Source: Gnetum montanum
Taxonomy: Eukaryota > Plantae > Gnetophyta
Direction: 5' to 3'
Length of the DNA: 64,000 bases
Assembly (NCBI GenBank): GCA_015680685.1
Contig: MNCI01001382.1
Location: 1 to 64,000, forward strand
A program made the position numbers and the translations under genes. Position 1 is the first letter of the stretch. Every line of letters begins with the position of its first letter. Below are positions 53,259 through 64,000 of the stretch, piece by piece. The notes beneath the pieces were generated by a model. That model worked only from the letters and a program-made list of their open reading frames with translations, did not search any database and was not told the origin of the DNA.

Positions 53259-56200
53259 ATGGATACATGGCTACAATGTGATCTACCTTTAAGCCTAAAT
53301 GGACCTTATGGTAATATCGAATGATCAATTTATGTCAAACATCTAGATCTTGAGCATGGAAGCATATTTGACCATATAGCCTTAATAGAGAAGTCCCTAG
53401 AATGGCTCGAATACAAAGTCAAAATCCTAGACTTAGAGGTTGAGGAAATTACAAAGGATACTCTAGTTAAAATTCCCATTACAATGCATAATGTTGAGGA
53501 TAAAACATTAAATTTAAGTTCCTCCCTGTAACCCCGACTAGCCTAAGACATTACCCAGGCTTTCTAGGATAACATTAAAGTCTTTTCTTGATCATACAAG
53601 GATATTCTAGGTCTTAATCCACATTTAGTACAACATAACATGATACCTAACCTTAGCATAAAGTCTCATAAGCAAAAAATGCATAAGATTAGACTAGATT
53701 TGGCCCTAGTAGTCCACTCTGAGATCAAGAAGCTTTACCAAGCTGGTTTCATCTAGGCTATCAATTACACTAATTAGGTGTTCAACATAGTGATCACCCA
53801 TAAAAAGAATAGGAATATTCATATTTATATTAATTTTCATGATCTCAAAATAGTAACCATTAAATATAATTTTCCTTTGCCTAGTATTAATCAACTCATC
53901 AATACTATGACTAGCCATGCCTTATTATCCTTTATGGATGTGTTCTTTAGATACAACCAAGTTAGGATCAACCTAGAACATTAACTATATACAACTTTCA
54001 TGAACCCTTGGGAAGTCTTCTGATAAAAAATGATGTCATTTGGTTTGAAGAACATAGAGATAACCTATAAATGAGTCATAACTTACATCTTCAATGACTA
54101 TATGTTAGGCTTACTTAATGGTTATGTTGATGATATGGTTGTAAAGTCTAGAGCTACTAATAATCATGCACATGACCTAAATCAAGTACTTTAATGATGT
54201 CTCAAGTATGAACTTTGACTTAATCCTAAGAAGTGTGTTTTCAGTATTAAAATCATGAAAATACTTAGTTTCATAGTATCCAAGCTAGGCATATGAGTTA
54301 ATCTTGATAAGATTAAGGCATTACTAATTTGTTAGCATCTAGTAGCCTTAAGTAACTACAATGATTACAAGGTAGATTGTAATTTATTCAAACGTTCATC
54401 TTGAGCCTCACGGATAAACTATAATCCATGCAATGCTTGATTAAGAAGGGAGCTCACTATGAGTGGACCAACAAATGCTAATAATCCTTTGATAGTATCA
54501 AGTAGGAGTTGGTCTAGTTACCCACTGTGTATTCCCCTCATAAGGATAAATCATTCTACGTCTACCTTGCGATATCTAATACATCAATAGCCTCTTTGCT
54601 CTATCAAAAATAAGATGATAGAGTAAAGTTACCTGTCTACTACTTAAGGCATACATTGATAGCTTATGAAACCTAATACACTAAGGTCAAAAAGGACTAC
54701 CTAGTCTTAAGGTTCTTCCTGAAGAAATGGAGACACTATCTATTTAGGAGTCAAGTCAATATCATATTCAAGGACAATGTACTAAGAGCCATCACAACTA
54801 GTATCTATGAGAGTAGTCTAATAGCCTAGTAGAAGGTCACAACAATAAATTTGATCTATAGTACATCTTCCAAGTGTTAATGAAAGTTCAAGATATAGTC
54901 ACACAACTCATCACTTTCTTGATTAAAGATAATGTAGCCATAGATCTTAAGTTCCATAATGAACATGTCAAAATTATTAATAAGGTACTCAAAGGATATG
55001 AGGCCACCATGCATTTTGATAGAGGTTTAACTACCTATGGATCCAATGTTGTTTTCATCATAACATTATCCTCTAGTGAGATCCAAGCTTTCACTTATCA
55101 ATTTCAATTTCTATATACTAACAATGTAGCAAAATATGAAGGGTTAATCAAAGAAATGATGATAGCTCATAACCATAAAACTACATGTTTAATTATAAAA
55201 TATGATTCACAATTGGTGGTTAATAAAGAAACTGAAGTCTATGCTTACAAAGCTAAACACCTACAATCATTCTATGATTTAACCAAAACACTCTTGCTAT
55301 AGTTTATACATGTGGATATCCAAAACATTTCTTGAGCTGAGAACACTTTAGCTAATATCATTACCACCTTAGCCTTAAGGGTGATACCTGATGTATTCAA
55401 TAAGTTACCTTTCTTGATGGAAAGTTTGCTTCTTCCCATCACAAAAAGCACTCAAGATACCTCTCTATCCACATCAATAATGTTCCCCAACAATAGTGCT
55501 ATAATAACATCAAGTTTTACCTAATACATAGTGAACCTCCATAAAACCTAACTACTTCTCAAAAGGAAACTATACATAAAAGATCAAGATAATATGTCAT
55601 TGTAGCCAATAACACATTATGTTGAAGTTCCTATGATAGTGTATTATTCATATGCCTATTAAATAAGAAGCCCATGTGGTCCTAGAATTAGTACATGATG
55701 GCATATGTGGAAAACATTTAGGACCCAAAGCCAAGGCTAGTACAATTAGATGCTTACGATATTATTAGCCCTATATGAAAAGTGATTTTCTATAGAAGGT
55801 GAAAACTTATAATATTTTTCAATGATATAAAAACCTAATACATGTGCCACCAAGTAAGTTACACACCACTCAAATCACATGGTCATTCCAATGCTAGAAA
55901 ATAAATATAGTTGGATTTATTATGCCCAATTCCTTTGTAGGACATAACTTCATCATCATCATAACCGAGTATTTCATTAAGTGGATTGACGCTATCCTTC
56001 TAAGGAAAACAACATCACAAAAATTTTATAAATTCATATTGGATGACATAGTATTCCATTTTGACCTACCTTTAATCATTGTGATAGATAATGAACAATA
56101 GTTCAGAAGCCAAGAAATGCAAACCTTTTATCGACAATTCAACATTAAGCATTCTTTTGCATCATACTATTATCCATAAACCAATGGCTAAGCTAAAGCT

Positions 56201-56737
56201 AGTAACAAGGTCCTCATTACCCTCCTAAGGAAGATGTTCAGTAATGAAAAATGTAAATGGAATGAACAACTCTTTTATGCACTCTGGGCCTATAGGATAA
56301 CCTTTAGAACTATGACTACTGCCACCCCCTATAACCTAGTTTATGAATCTAAAGCTATTTTAACTATTAAATTCCAAGTTTTATCCTTAAGGGTAGCTCT
56401 ATTTAAATTCATAAACGATGAATAGAATAATTAGCTATGTATCATTGACCTTAATTTGGTGGAAGAATAGTAAATACAAAAGCCTGATGACATCAAATGA
56501 TACTAAGAAAAGTAGAAACAACAACATCATCACGATCTAAATAGGTGGAAATTCAAGCAAGAAGATCTTATCCTTAAGGTTTTTTGTAAGCAAGTAAATG
56601 AATTCTCAGCCAATTGAAAAGGATCTTTCTTGATTACCAAATCCTATGGTAATGAAGCATTCAGATCAGCAAGCATGGAGGGTAATGAATTGACTAATTT
56701 GGTCAACCATTCCTATCTTGAATCCTATTATATCTAA
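53259..56737 (+). pseudogene. pol: Full-length degenerate pol of D (RT-RH-aRH-INT)
   Basis: ORFs 53778 (FPLPSINQLI..LLSFMDVFFRYNQV), 54874 (MHFDRG..TNNVAKYE..YDSQLVVN) and 56234 (WNEQLFYALWAYRIT..TPYNLVY); YVDD at ~54124. Confidence 0.94.
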
Positions 56738-57787
56738 TGTTGACCTATTTTCATTATAACCCTTGTTTGCCTTTGTACATAGGTTTAACAGATGATTGAT
56801 GTTGACGATTATAGTAGCCTACAACAAGTAAACCTACATGACCTTGTAGCTTCCTTTTGACATCTCAAAATACTACAAATGTTTTATTAATTTGTAAAGA
56901 AAGAAACAATATTTCTCATGTTTTACCAATTGTAATCTATGATGGCCTATATTTTCTTTTTGCTTCATGTAACCTCTTGTGATAGCATGTATTTTTTGAC
57001 TTGGTTTTTTGTACTCTTGTAGTTGTGTTTGCAAGATCAGCCTAGAGTCATCACAAAGGTGTGACTCATAATAGTGGTGAGTTACTATGTGATCTTAATG
57101 CATTCAATTTGACTATCTTGTTTGACCTTGCCAAAAATGCTCACCTCATATCATCTCCACTACCCACCCTAAGTCATAACCCCACAACTAAATTTTGGCC
57201 TTCCTTACCTTGCTAATGATGAGAACCTATGTTTGACATTCATGTATCCTGGTCATGTGACATTCTCAACATGATCAATCATTAAGTTCACTAAATATAA
57301 CACATGTCATTTTATGGAAAAACAAATTTTAACCTTAGCAAAGAAACCCAATGAAGGTTTCACTCCAAAACATTGAAGGAAGATGCAAAGAAAGAAAAAA
57401 AGCCAATGTAGCCTAAGGATATGCAAATGAATGGCTCCCAAAAAATGTGAGAGCTAAGTGATCAAAGAATCCCAAGAATAGAGTGTAATTTCCTCTAAAA
57501 ACATCATCAAAAAACCAAAATTTCAAGTATGAATTATGAATACCTTCTTAGTAAGCAAAACATGTCACCACTATGCCATAGCCATGATGTCAAAACATTT
57601 GAAATTTTTTGTTAGCCCATGTGTCCATTCATAGATAACCCATGTAGTCAAAATCTCAACCCAAACTCTTGACATCCCATTGTGATCTTATTTCACCATC
57701 ATAAGCACTCGTTGGTGTGATTCAACAACTACTAAATCAAGTGTGGAGAGGGAGCATTGGTGATGAACTCACAATAGTGTTTCACAT

Positions 57788-57841
57788 TCTTTGTTGATGT
57801 CTCTCGGATCAATCCTCAAAACATCAACAAAGAGGGAATAA
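57788..57841 (+). promoter_or_regulatory. PPT with a perfect 13-bp stem-loop, element D
   Basis: tctttgttgatgt (57788-57800) pairs with acatcaacaaaga (57821-57833), followed by GGGA and the LTR start. Confidence 0.8.
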
Positions 57842-58880
57842 TAAAACAACTCAAGAAATTCATTATGGCCAAGAAGAAGCTTGATAATAGGAATCTACAA
57901 TGTAATTTAATAAAAGTTTAGAGGAAAAAATAATTGCCTTAGTTTGACATCAAAAAAATATACACTATGGCCTTATTTTGATGAAATGTTTGACAATTGT
58001 TGATGTGAAAAATGAAATTTATAGCCCATATATTGTGAATTTTATTTATGATAGTGTATGGAAGCTAAAATACTAAAAATTCTACCAAATTTATGGCTTT
58101 TTCTTCACACACTATCCCACCCTATTCCACATGTTATGCCAACATGTGAAGTAGTGTGTGGAACTAAACTTAACCATACTCAAAAATTTGGTTAATGAAA
58201 ATAGTCCTATACACTACCAAAACATGATATAATAAGCCAAAAATGCTAGTGCCCCATATGCTACACTTTTTGGCCATGAAAATGGCCTAGAAATATAATG
58301 TAAAACTCTAACAAGAATATGAGAATATAACAAATGCTAGCATAGTGAATTTGAGGTATATTTATACTACATCAAGCATTATTTTTTGGATATTTTAGCA
58401 CATTTTATCAAGAAGATCACTTGGTAGCAGTAGAGACCTTTTTGGCAACATAGTAGAAATTCTTGCAACCTTTTCATAGTCTTTTTCAATGTAGAGTACT
58501 AGAGTAGTAGATCCTAGAATAGCATTAATCATCATATAGATCGTCCAGAAAACAAGCATAAATCTGATAGCAGAACACATGCTACACCCAACATTGGTTA
58601 TTACAAGATGTTCCTCGTATCATGGGCTTTAAAGCCAACCATCTATACCATCTAAACCTTTATTTCAAACAATTTTCTTTCTTGCAATATTTAATATAAT
58701 GTTTACAATTTCTTTTGTTGGCCATATTGTTCTAGTCTTCCTCTATTCTAATATCAACATCAAAATTTTTTTACATTTATATAATTTTCCTCATTTTCAT
58801 CTTCATTGTTTAGTAATAGATCTTCTAAGTTCTTAAGTGATTTTCTAGACCATTTAAAGGCAATTCAAATCCTTTTGAAG
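57842..58880 (+). repeat. 3' LTR of D (right end lost or diverged)
   Basis: Starts TAAAACAAC (decayed TGAAACA(C/A)C). The segment taagttcttaagtga at ~58827 matches A LTR 18649. Confidence 0.65.
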
Positions 58881-59440
58881 CTCATCAATCTTTATGTTAA
58901 ACTATTCCATGCTAAGAATTTTTATTTTCGAGCACTAAATTTTTACCCATTACATGTAGCTTATTTTTTATCATTTTCTTCAAACATAAGAGGTGTTTTT
59001 GTGATTTTTCAAAGCCCATAGCATTTCAAAAGCCATACCTTTCTTAACACTTACCTATTCTCACTCATTTCTCAATCCTCAAGCTTTTGAGGTATGCTTT
59101 AGAAGATGAAGTAATCAAAAATTGAGGTTTCGGTGAAAAATGTATCAAAACTTTTGCTAACACCCCACAGTTTAGGTATTAAAATAATGATATAAAGGAT
59201 TTATACTATGAACCAACCTTCATTACAACAAACTTAAAATAATAAAAAAATATTATCATGCATATATGATACTAAATAAGAACTTAATGATAAATATTTA
59301 ACTTTCAATCAATAATATTAATCCTATCAGACAATGGAAGGTATCCAAATTAAACAATATTATATCTAAATGATTGATCTAGGGTTATGTTCATTAGCAT
59401 ATATGCCATTAAAGTAAGGACCGCAAGTAGGAGGGCCATC

Positions 59441-62229
59441 ATGGCCCTAGGAAAAATGACCTTGAGAACAATGGTAACAATCACAACAATAGCACAAACC
59501 TCAAGAACAAGTTGCTAAGGTGACCAATGCTACTAGGGTCATGTGAGAAGAGCTCAAGGTGAAATCTATTCACTAGATTACCATAGAAGATATAGGACAA
59601 TCTAAGTATGATGATGTTCCAAGACTGTGACATAAGTTAGAGGTCACACTCACATAAGTCTTCCTAGAGAAGGTCCATAGTAAAGAAGTTTAGAGCTCTA
59701 TTATTCATAAGCTATTATTTGGACCATTCCTAGAGTTAGCACTAGAAGAGGTCAAAACATAGTTAAAAGGGTCTCCTCTATGATCCATTCTCTTCACTAA
59801 GAGGAAATGGTACATGGGAGAGAATTACCTCTTTTAGAACAATCAATAGTAAGATGAGATCATAAAAAATAAGGATATGATCATCTTCTATGTGATTGAG
59901 ACAATTGTTGAGGCTCTCAAATTATCAAACACTAAAAAAAACCTTGTGAAAATCTTAATGTAGGTGGATCCTAAGGCTAAGAAAGAATGGATCTAGCATT
60001 GCTATGGAGTGGATCATAAGGAGTACTATGCCATAAAAAAAGTTGAGCAAGCCTATTTTAAGATTAGAATCTATCACCTCATTTCCATTGTAAGGCCAAG
60101 AAAGATGAATGCCTTCTCTACTAGGGTATGTATGGCTCTAAGTATAAAATTATAAGTTAACATATTCCAACTTATCTTCCTTGAGATCAAGAAACATTTT
60201 AACAAAATTGAGAAGGATAGGAAGACACTCCCCTTTCCTCACCTCATCTAAAAACTCTATAAAAGGGAAGGGATAGCCTACTATGCGAATGATGTGATCT
60301 ATAGATCTCTTACTAAATCATGAGAGGAGATGATGAAGGAAAAACTATTGATCAAGCTTTAAGAGAAAGAGCTACCACCACCATCATCACCTGTAGCACT
60401 GAAGATTACACTAGAAATGGTAGCAGCTACTAAGAAAATAAGGAAACATAGGGAATAATAACTGCAATAGCAACCTCTAGATGTGGTGATGAATCCTTTG
60501 TGTATTGACTATTCATGAGCTACTAAAATGAGGTAATAAATACCATTAACAAGTTTCTAGATGAAATGGTCTCACTTTTCTCCTCAGAAAGGAACTAGGC
60601 TTCTATATACTCCAATATCAATGCTAGATAAGTCACTCTATACATCTAGGACAAACATTTATTGAAATCTATAAGAATTCAATAGCCTTCTTTATGATGT
60701 TGGAAGAAGGAGAAAGAGCAATAGACCTAGTCATGACTTGAAAGGGCCAAGAGATTGTAGTAGAAGTAGTAGTAGATAGGATAGAAAAAGAATTCAATGC
60801 TCCTACAACATTTGTCCCTAATGTTATTTCCATGGAAGATGTTCAAACATCTACAGGAGTTGAAAGTAAGAGAATGGATGTAACCTAGCACAAGGAAGTT
60901 CTCCAATGATTGGTTAACATTAGAAAATCAATTCTAGAGAACTTCAATCTTTCACAAGATATTTTAGTAACCTAGTTGTAGCTGCATAAGAAAAGGAGCA
61001 AGCTACTAATTTACAAATATGAAACTCAAGGAAGCCACCACTAGTAATCAACAATTAGTCATTGAGGTTACAGAACTCAAAACTCATTTTTTTGGATAAT
61101 ACAATTCTTAGGCTCTAACATATTAGGGATGAATCTTTTTAGTAGATTTAACAAATATTTCAAGAGGCTAAGAATGAAAAGGAAATGATGATATTTGATG
61201 TGTCACTATCAAAACAATGATGAATTCTTCCGAGCATGGCCTTCAAATAGTTCACAAAAAAATATTGTACTAACCTAACAGAATCAACACCTAGAGAATG
61301 CTAAGTAATAAAAGGACTATATGGTTGAATACAATTTATTAGTTGCAGGAGTAGCTCACAAAGGTGAAGATAGATGTAGGAAGTTTGGCTACAAAAAATT
61401 GAAATCTCTCAATGAAGGAAGTTCATGCTCTTCATCATAAGATTATAATTGAGATTTCCACCTAGAAGAATGATACCCTAAAAGGGTTAAAAATCACTAC
61501 AAGGAAAAGGTTAGAATGCTCAAAGAAATAGATTAAAAAGAAGTCAAGTTGGTGAAGGTAAAAGTGACTGAACCAATCCAACAACTCCAACTAACAAGAA
61601 ATGTATGTCAACGCATCTTTGATGGTTTCAATGCCTATAAAAAAGATACTATTTTCCTAAAGGAGTTACATATTGAGAAGATGATGGAAAACCTTCAATG
61701 TGTACACTTGATAATGGTGATAGAAGGAATGCCAAGAGTAAAATTTGAGAAGCAGGTGACCAACCCATACCTTTTGTATGAGGCAAAGTTTGAGAACCAT
61801 AAATCGAAAAAATAAATATTAGAGGTAGCCAACATTAAGCTTGAAGTTCTCAAGAGTAATTTCACATATCAAATATCAATTGATCAGAACCTAACCAAAA
61901 GAATGAATGCTTACCAGAAGTTGTAGGACATTATTCATATCTTTGACTTTGAACATAAAGAGTGTGTAGCCTAGTTTCTTAATATGAAATAGATGTTTTT
62001 AATATTTCCTTATCCATGGGATATACCATCACTAGCTCATCTACGCAAAGCCTCTTGGACCATCCATGATCCATGTGCTAAAGAGGAAAAAATGAAGGCA
62101 CTTTTTGATGACTTCTAGATTTTAGCAATATCAATACTAGTAGTAGGATAGCATAGACCTCTAGGAGAAAAAGAATGTGATGAAGAATCCTCTACAACAC
62201 ATGAGCCTCCACCTCTAAGCATGATGTAA
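59441..62229 (+). pseudogene. Degenerate env-like/extra ORF of another LTR element (plant transposon protein-like domain plus coiled coil)
   Basis: VNIFQLIFLEIKKHF..KTLPFPHLI*KLYKREGI (~60155-60275) resembles the LPFPxLIT motif of Athila/SIRE extra ORFs. K/E-rich helical C-terminus (ORF 61549-61815). Confidence 0.6.
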
Positions 62230-62431
62230 ATATCTCATCTTGTTTCACTTCATTCAACTAACACCTACAAATCTTGTTATATTTTTCAAATTATTTGTAT
62301 CTTGCATAAATTTTTGTATCCATGTTAATTATATGTAAAAATGGCACTCAAGATTTTTCTATTTGTTAGAGTTAGTTAATTAGTTTCATACTCCCCTAAA
62401 TTTTATGAGTAACTCAATCCAATTTTCTTTA

Positions 62432-62890
62432 CTTGAGGATGATTTTTTAGCTAGTTATGGGGGTATGATGAAGTATCAATAAGTTAACTACACTGACGCT
62501 TCTTGCCTATCAATGTAATTTTGTTAATGCATCCTTAGATGCATTAGTGCATATCAATCAATGCTAATCCTTCCTAAGCCTAGATAAATGTGTACACTAG
62601 CTACATTTATGACATCTTTGGTACTTCCTCTAGTGAATCTCTTGTAATTTTCTTTTGTAAGACTCAGTAGAATTTTCCTCTGAGTGCTAGTGGTGTGGAT
62701 TGAAGTGATTATATAGAATTTTATTTGATTACAAGATGTGCAAGGATACTTTTGCATAATAAAAATAAAATCAAGATTTCTTCTCTCCATCGTAGCACTT
62801 GGATTACCATTTAGTTTACTTATAAGTCTTTTACTTTACATGCACTTTACTTTTCGATACTTAAGAATTTAATATTTTTTTTCTATAACA
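62432..62890 (+). repeat. Possible PPT and LTR (TGATG at 62466 ... ATAACA at 62890) closing the env-like fragment
   Basis: cttgaggat...agttatgggggta-TG resembles Athila-type 3' ends. AATAAA-like signal at ~62757. No second copy is available to confirm it. Confidence 0.45.
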
Positions 62891-63333
62891 ATGTGAGTAG
62901 GACCACTTCGAGCATAATATACTAGTGCTTGGTAATCCCAACAATGAATATTTAATATGGGTAGTAGTAAACACTTGGTAACCAAGTAGTATTAGTATAA
63001 GTTTAGGATGTGTATGAAAAGTGGGAATGGATACTCTATGTTTAAAAATGTTTAACTTACCTTTAGTTCAATTAATTAGTTAAAGATTAATATTTCTATT
63101 ACATCATCTCTTAACACCTTTAACAATAAAATATAATAGAATTATAATAATAAATATCTTACACCTTAGTCATACTTAGCGATACAAACAAAACTATCAC
63201 AAGTGATGATTGGGAAGATAATGACCAAAAATCATAACTATTGAGAATAAATGCTACTTATGTAGAATGAGTTTATGGAATTTAACCAAAATGGGTGGAC
63301 ACACTTGTGATTCATATAGTTAGGCATAGAGAC

Positions 63334-64000
63334 TAGGGATCAAGAACTTAGAAAGGGGGGATGAATAAGTTCCCCAGATCACATGTAATACCTTTTACAA
63401 AAAAACACAAGAATTACATGGTTTCCCAACTTTGGTAGTCCACACTTAGAGGGTGGATTCCTTGAACACCTCCAAACATTGTTTCTTCCAAAAATGTGGT
63501 TTAGAGGGCATCATAACCTTCACAAAGTTTAAGCTTAGCTAGGGAGAGTTTTTTCACTACAACAACTCTCAACCCACATGGTCCCAACAAGCGCAAGGGT
63601 GATTTAAAGGATCCCATAACATGTACAAACTAGAGCTCCACTTTAGAGTATATTGATACAACAAAACAACTTAATCCTAGAGGATCCCAACAAGCTCTAA
63701 AAGTATGCCTTCTTACAAGAAGCATGTCAACTCCTTAAGGTAGTTAAAAAGAAAATAATTATAGAGATAAAATGTAACTCAATTTACAAATTTCTTGGAT
63801 AATAAAGTAGAGTTTCATAAAAAATAAAAAAAATGATGTGATAATTCAAGTATTCAAGTACAGTAGCATAAGATAGTTAATGATAGCTTTAATGTTGATA
63901 ATGTTTACATCATACTCAAGGATTTGAAATATTCTTATAGCATCAAAGTTTCCAAAAATACCTCAAAATTTGTACAATGGCTAGTGTAGATGTCTCTTTT
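63334..64000 (-). mobile_element. Second SIRE-like LTR, inverted, running off the window end
   Basis: Reverse complement aligns by eye with ~50050-50843 (gaacttattcat.ccccc.ttctaa, aaccacattttt.gaagaaaca). Confidence 0.78.

Larger units (their letters stand above)
42233..58880 (+). mobile_element. Element D: gag tail, protease, ~9.5-kb spacer, pol, 3'UTR, PPT, 3'LTR (end truncated or uncertain); the most complete copy
   Basis: All parts are in collinear order and homologous to A and B. Confidence 0.88.

Overview
This is repeat-derived plant heterochromatin with no recognisable host gene. It is a nest of decayed Ty3/gypsy Tat-clade (Ogre/Retand-like) LTR retrotransposons. Four plus-strand copies (A 3537-18789, B 18790-32550, C 35275-42232, D 42233-~58880) carry all or part of pol in the order RT-RH-aRH-INT. 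Two minus-strand relatives (Y 1-3536, young and CpG-rich; F 32551-35274) have tRNA-Asn primer binding sites. There are also two SIRE-like LTRs (49606-50843, 63334-64000) and an env-like 3' fragment of another element (~59441-62890). The main observation is architectural. Protease and RT are separated by a ~8-11 kb spacer that ends in a conserved splice acceptor (AG + 9 nt + ATG in all four copies). The spacer holds an antisense, intron-containing cargo gene and a ~180-200 bp-period array built on a CAGCGT/ACGCTG core. The bases flanking that core differ between elements and, where an LTR survives, match that element's own LTR. This suggests, as inference only, a retrotransposon-encoded protein and cognate-motif system. 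Older copies are heavily eroded at CG and CHG sites. All alignments were done by eye, and most boundaries are approximate.
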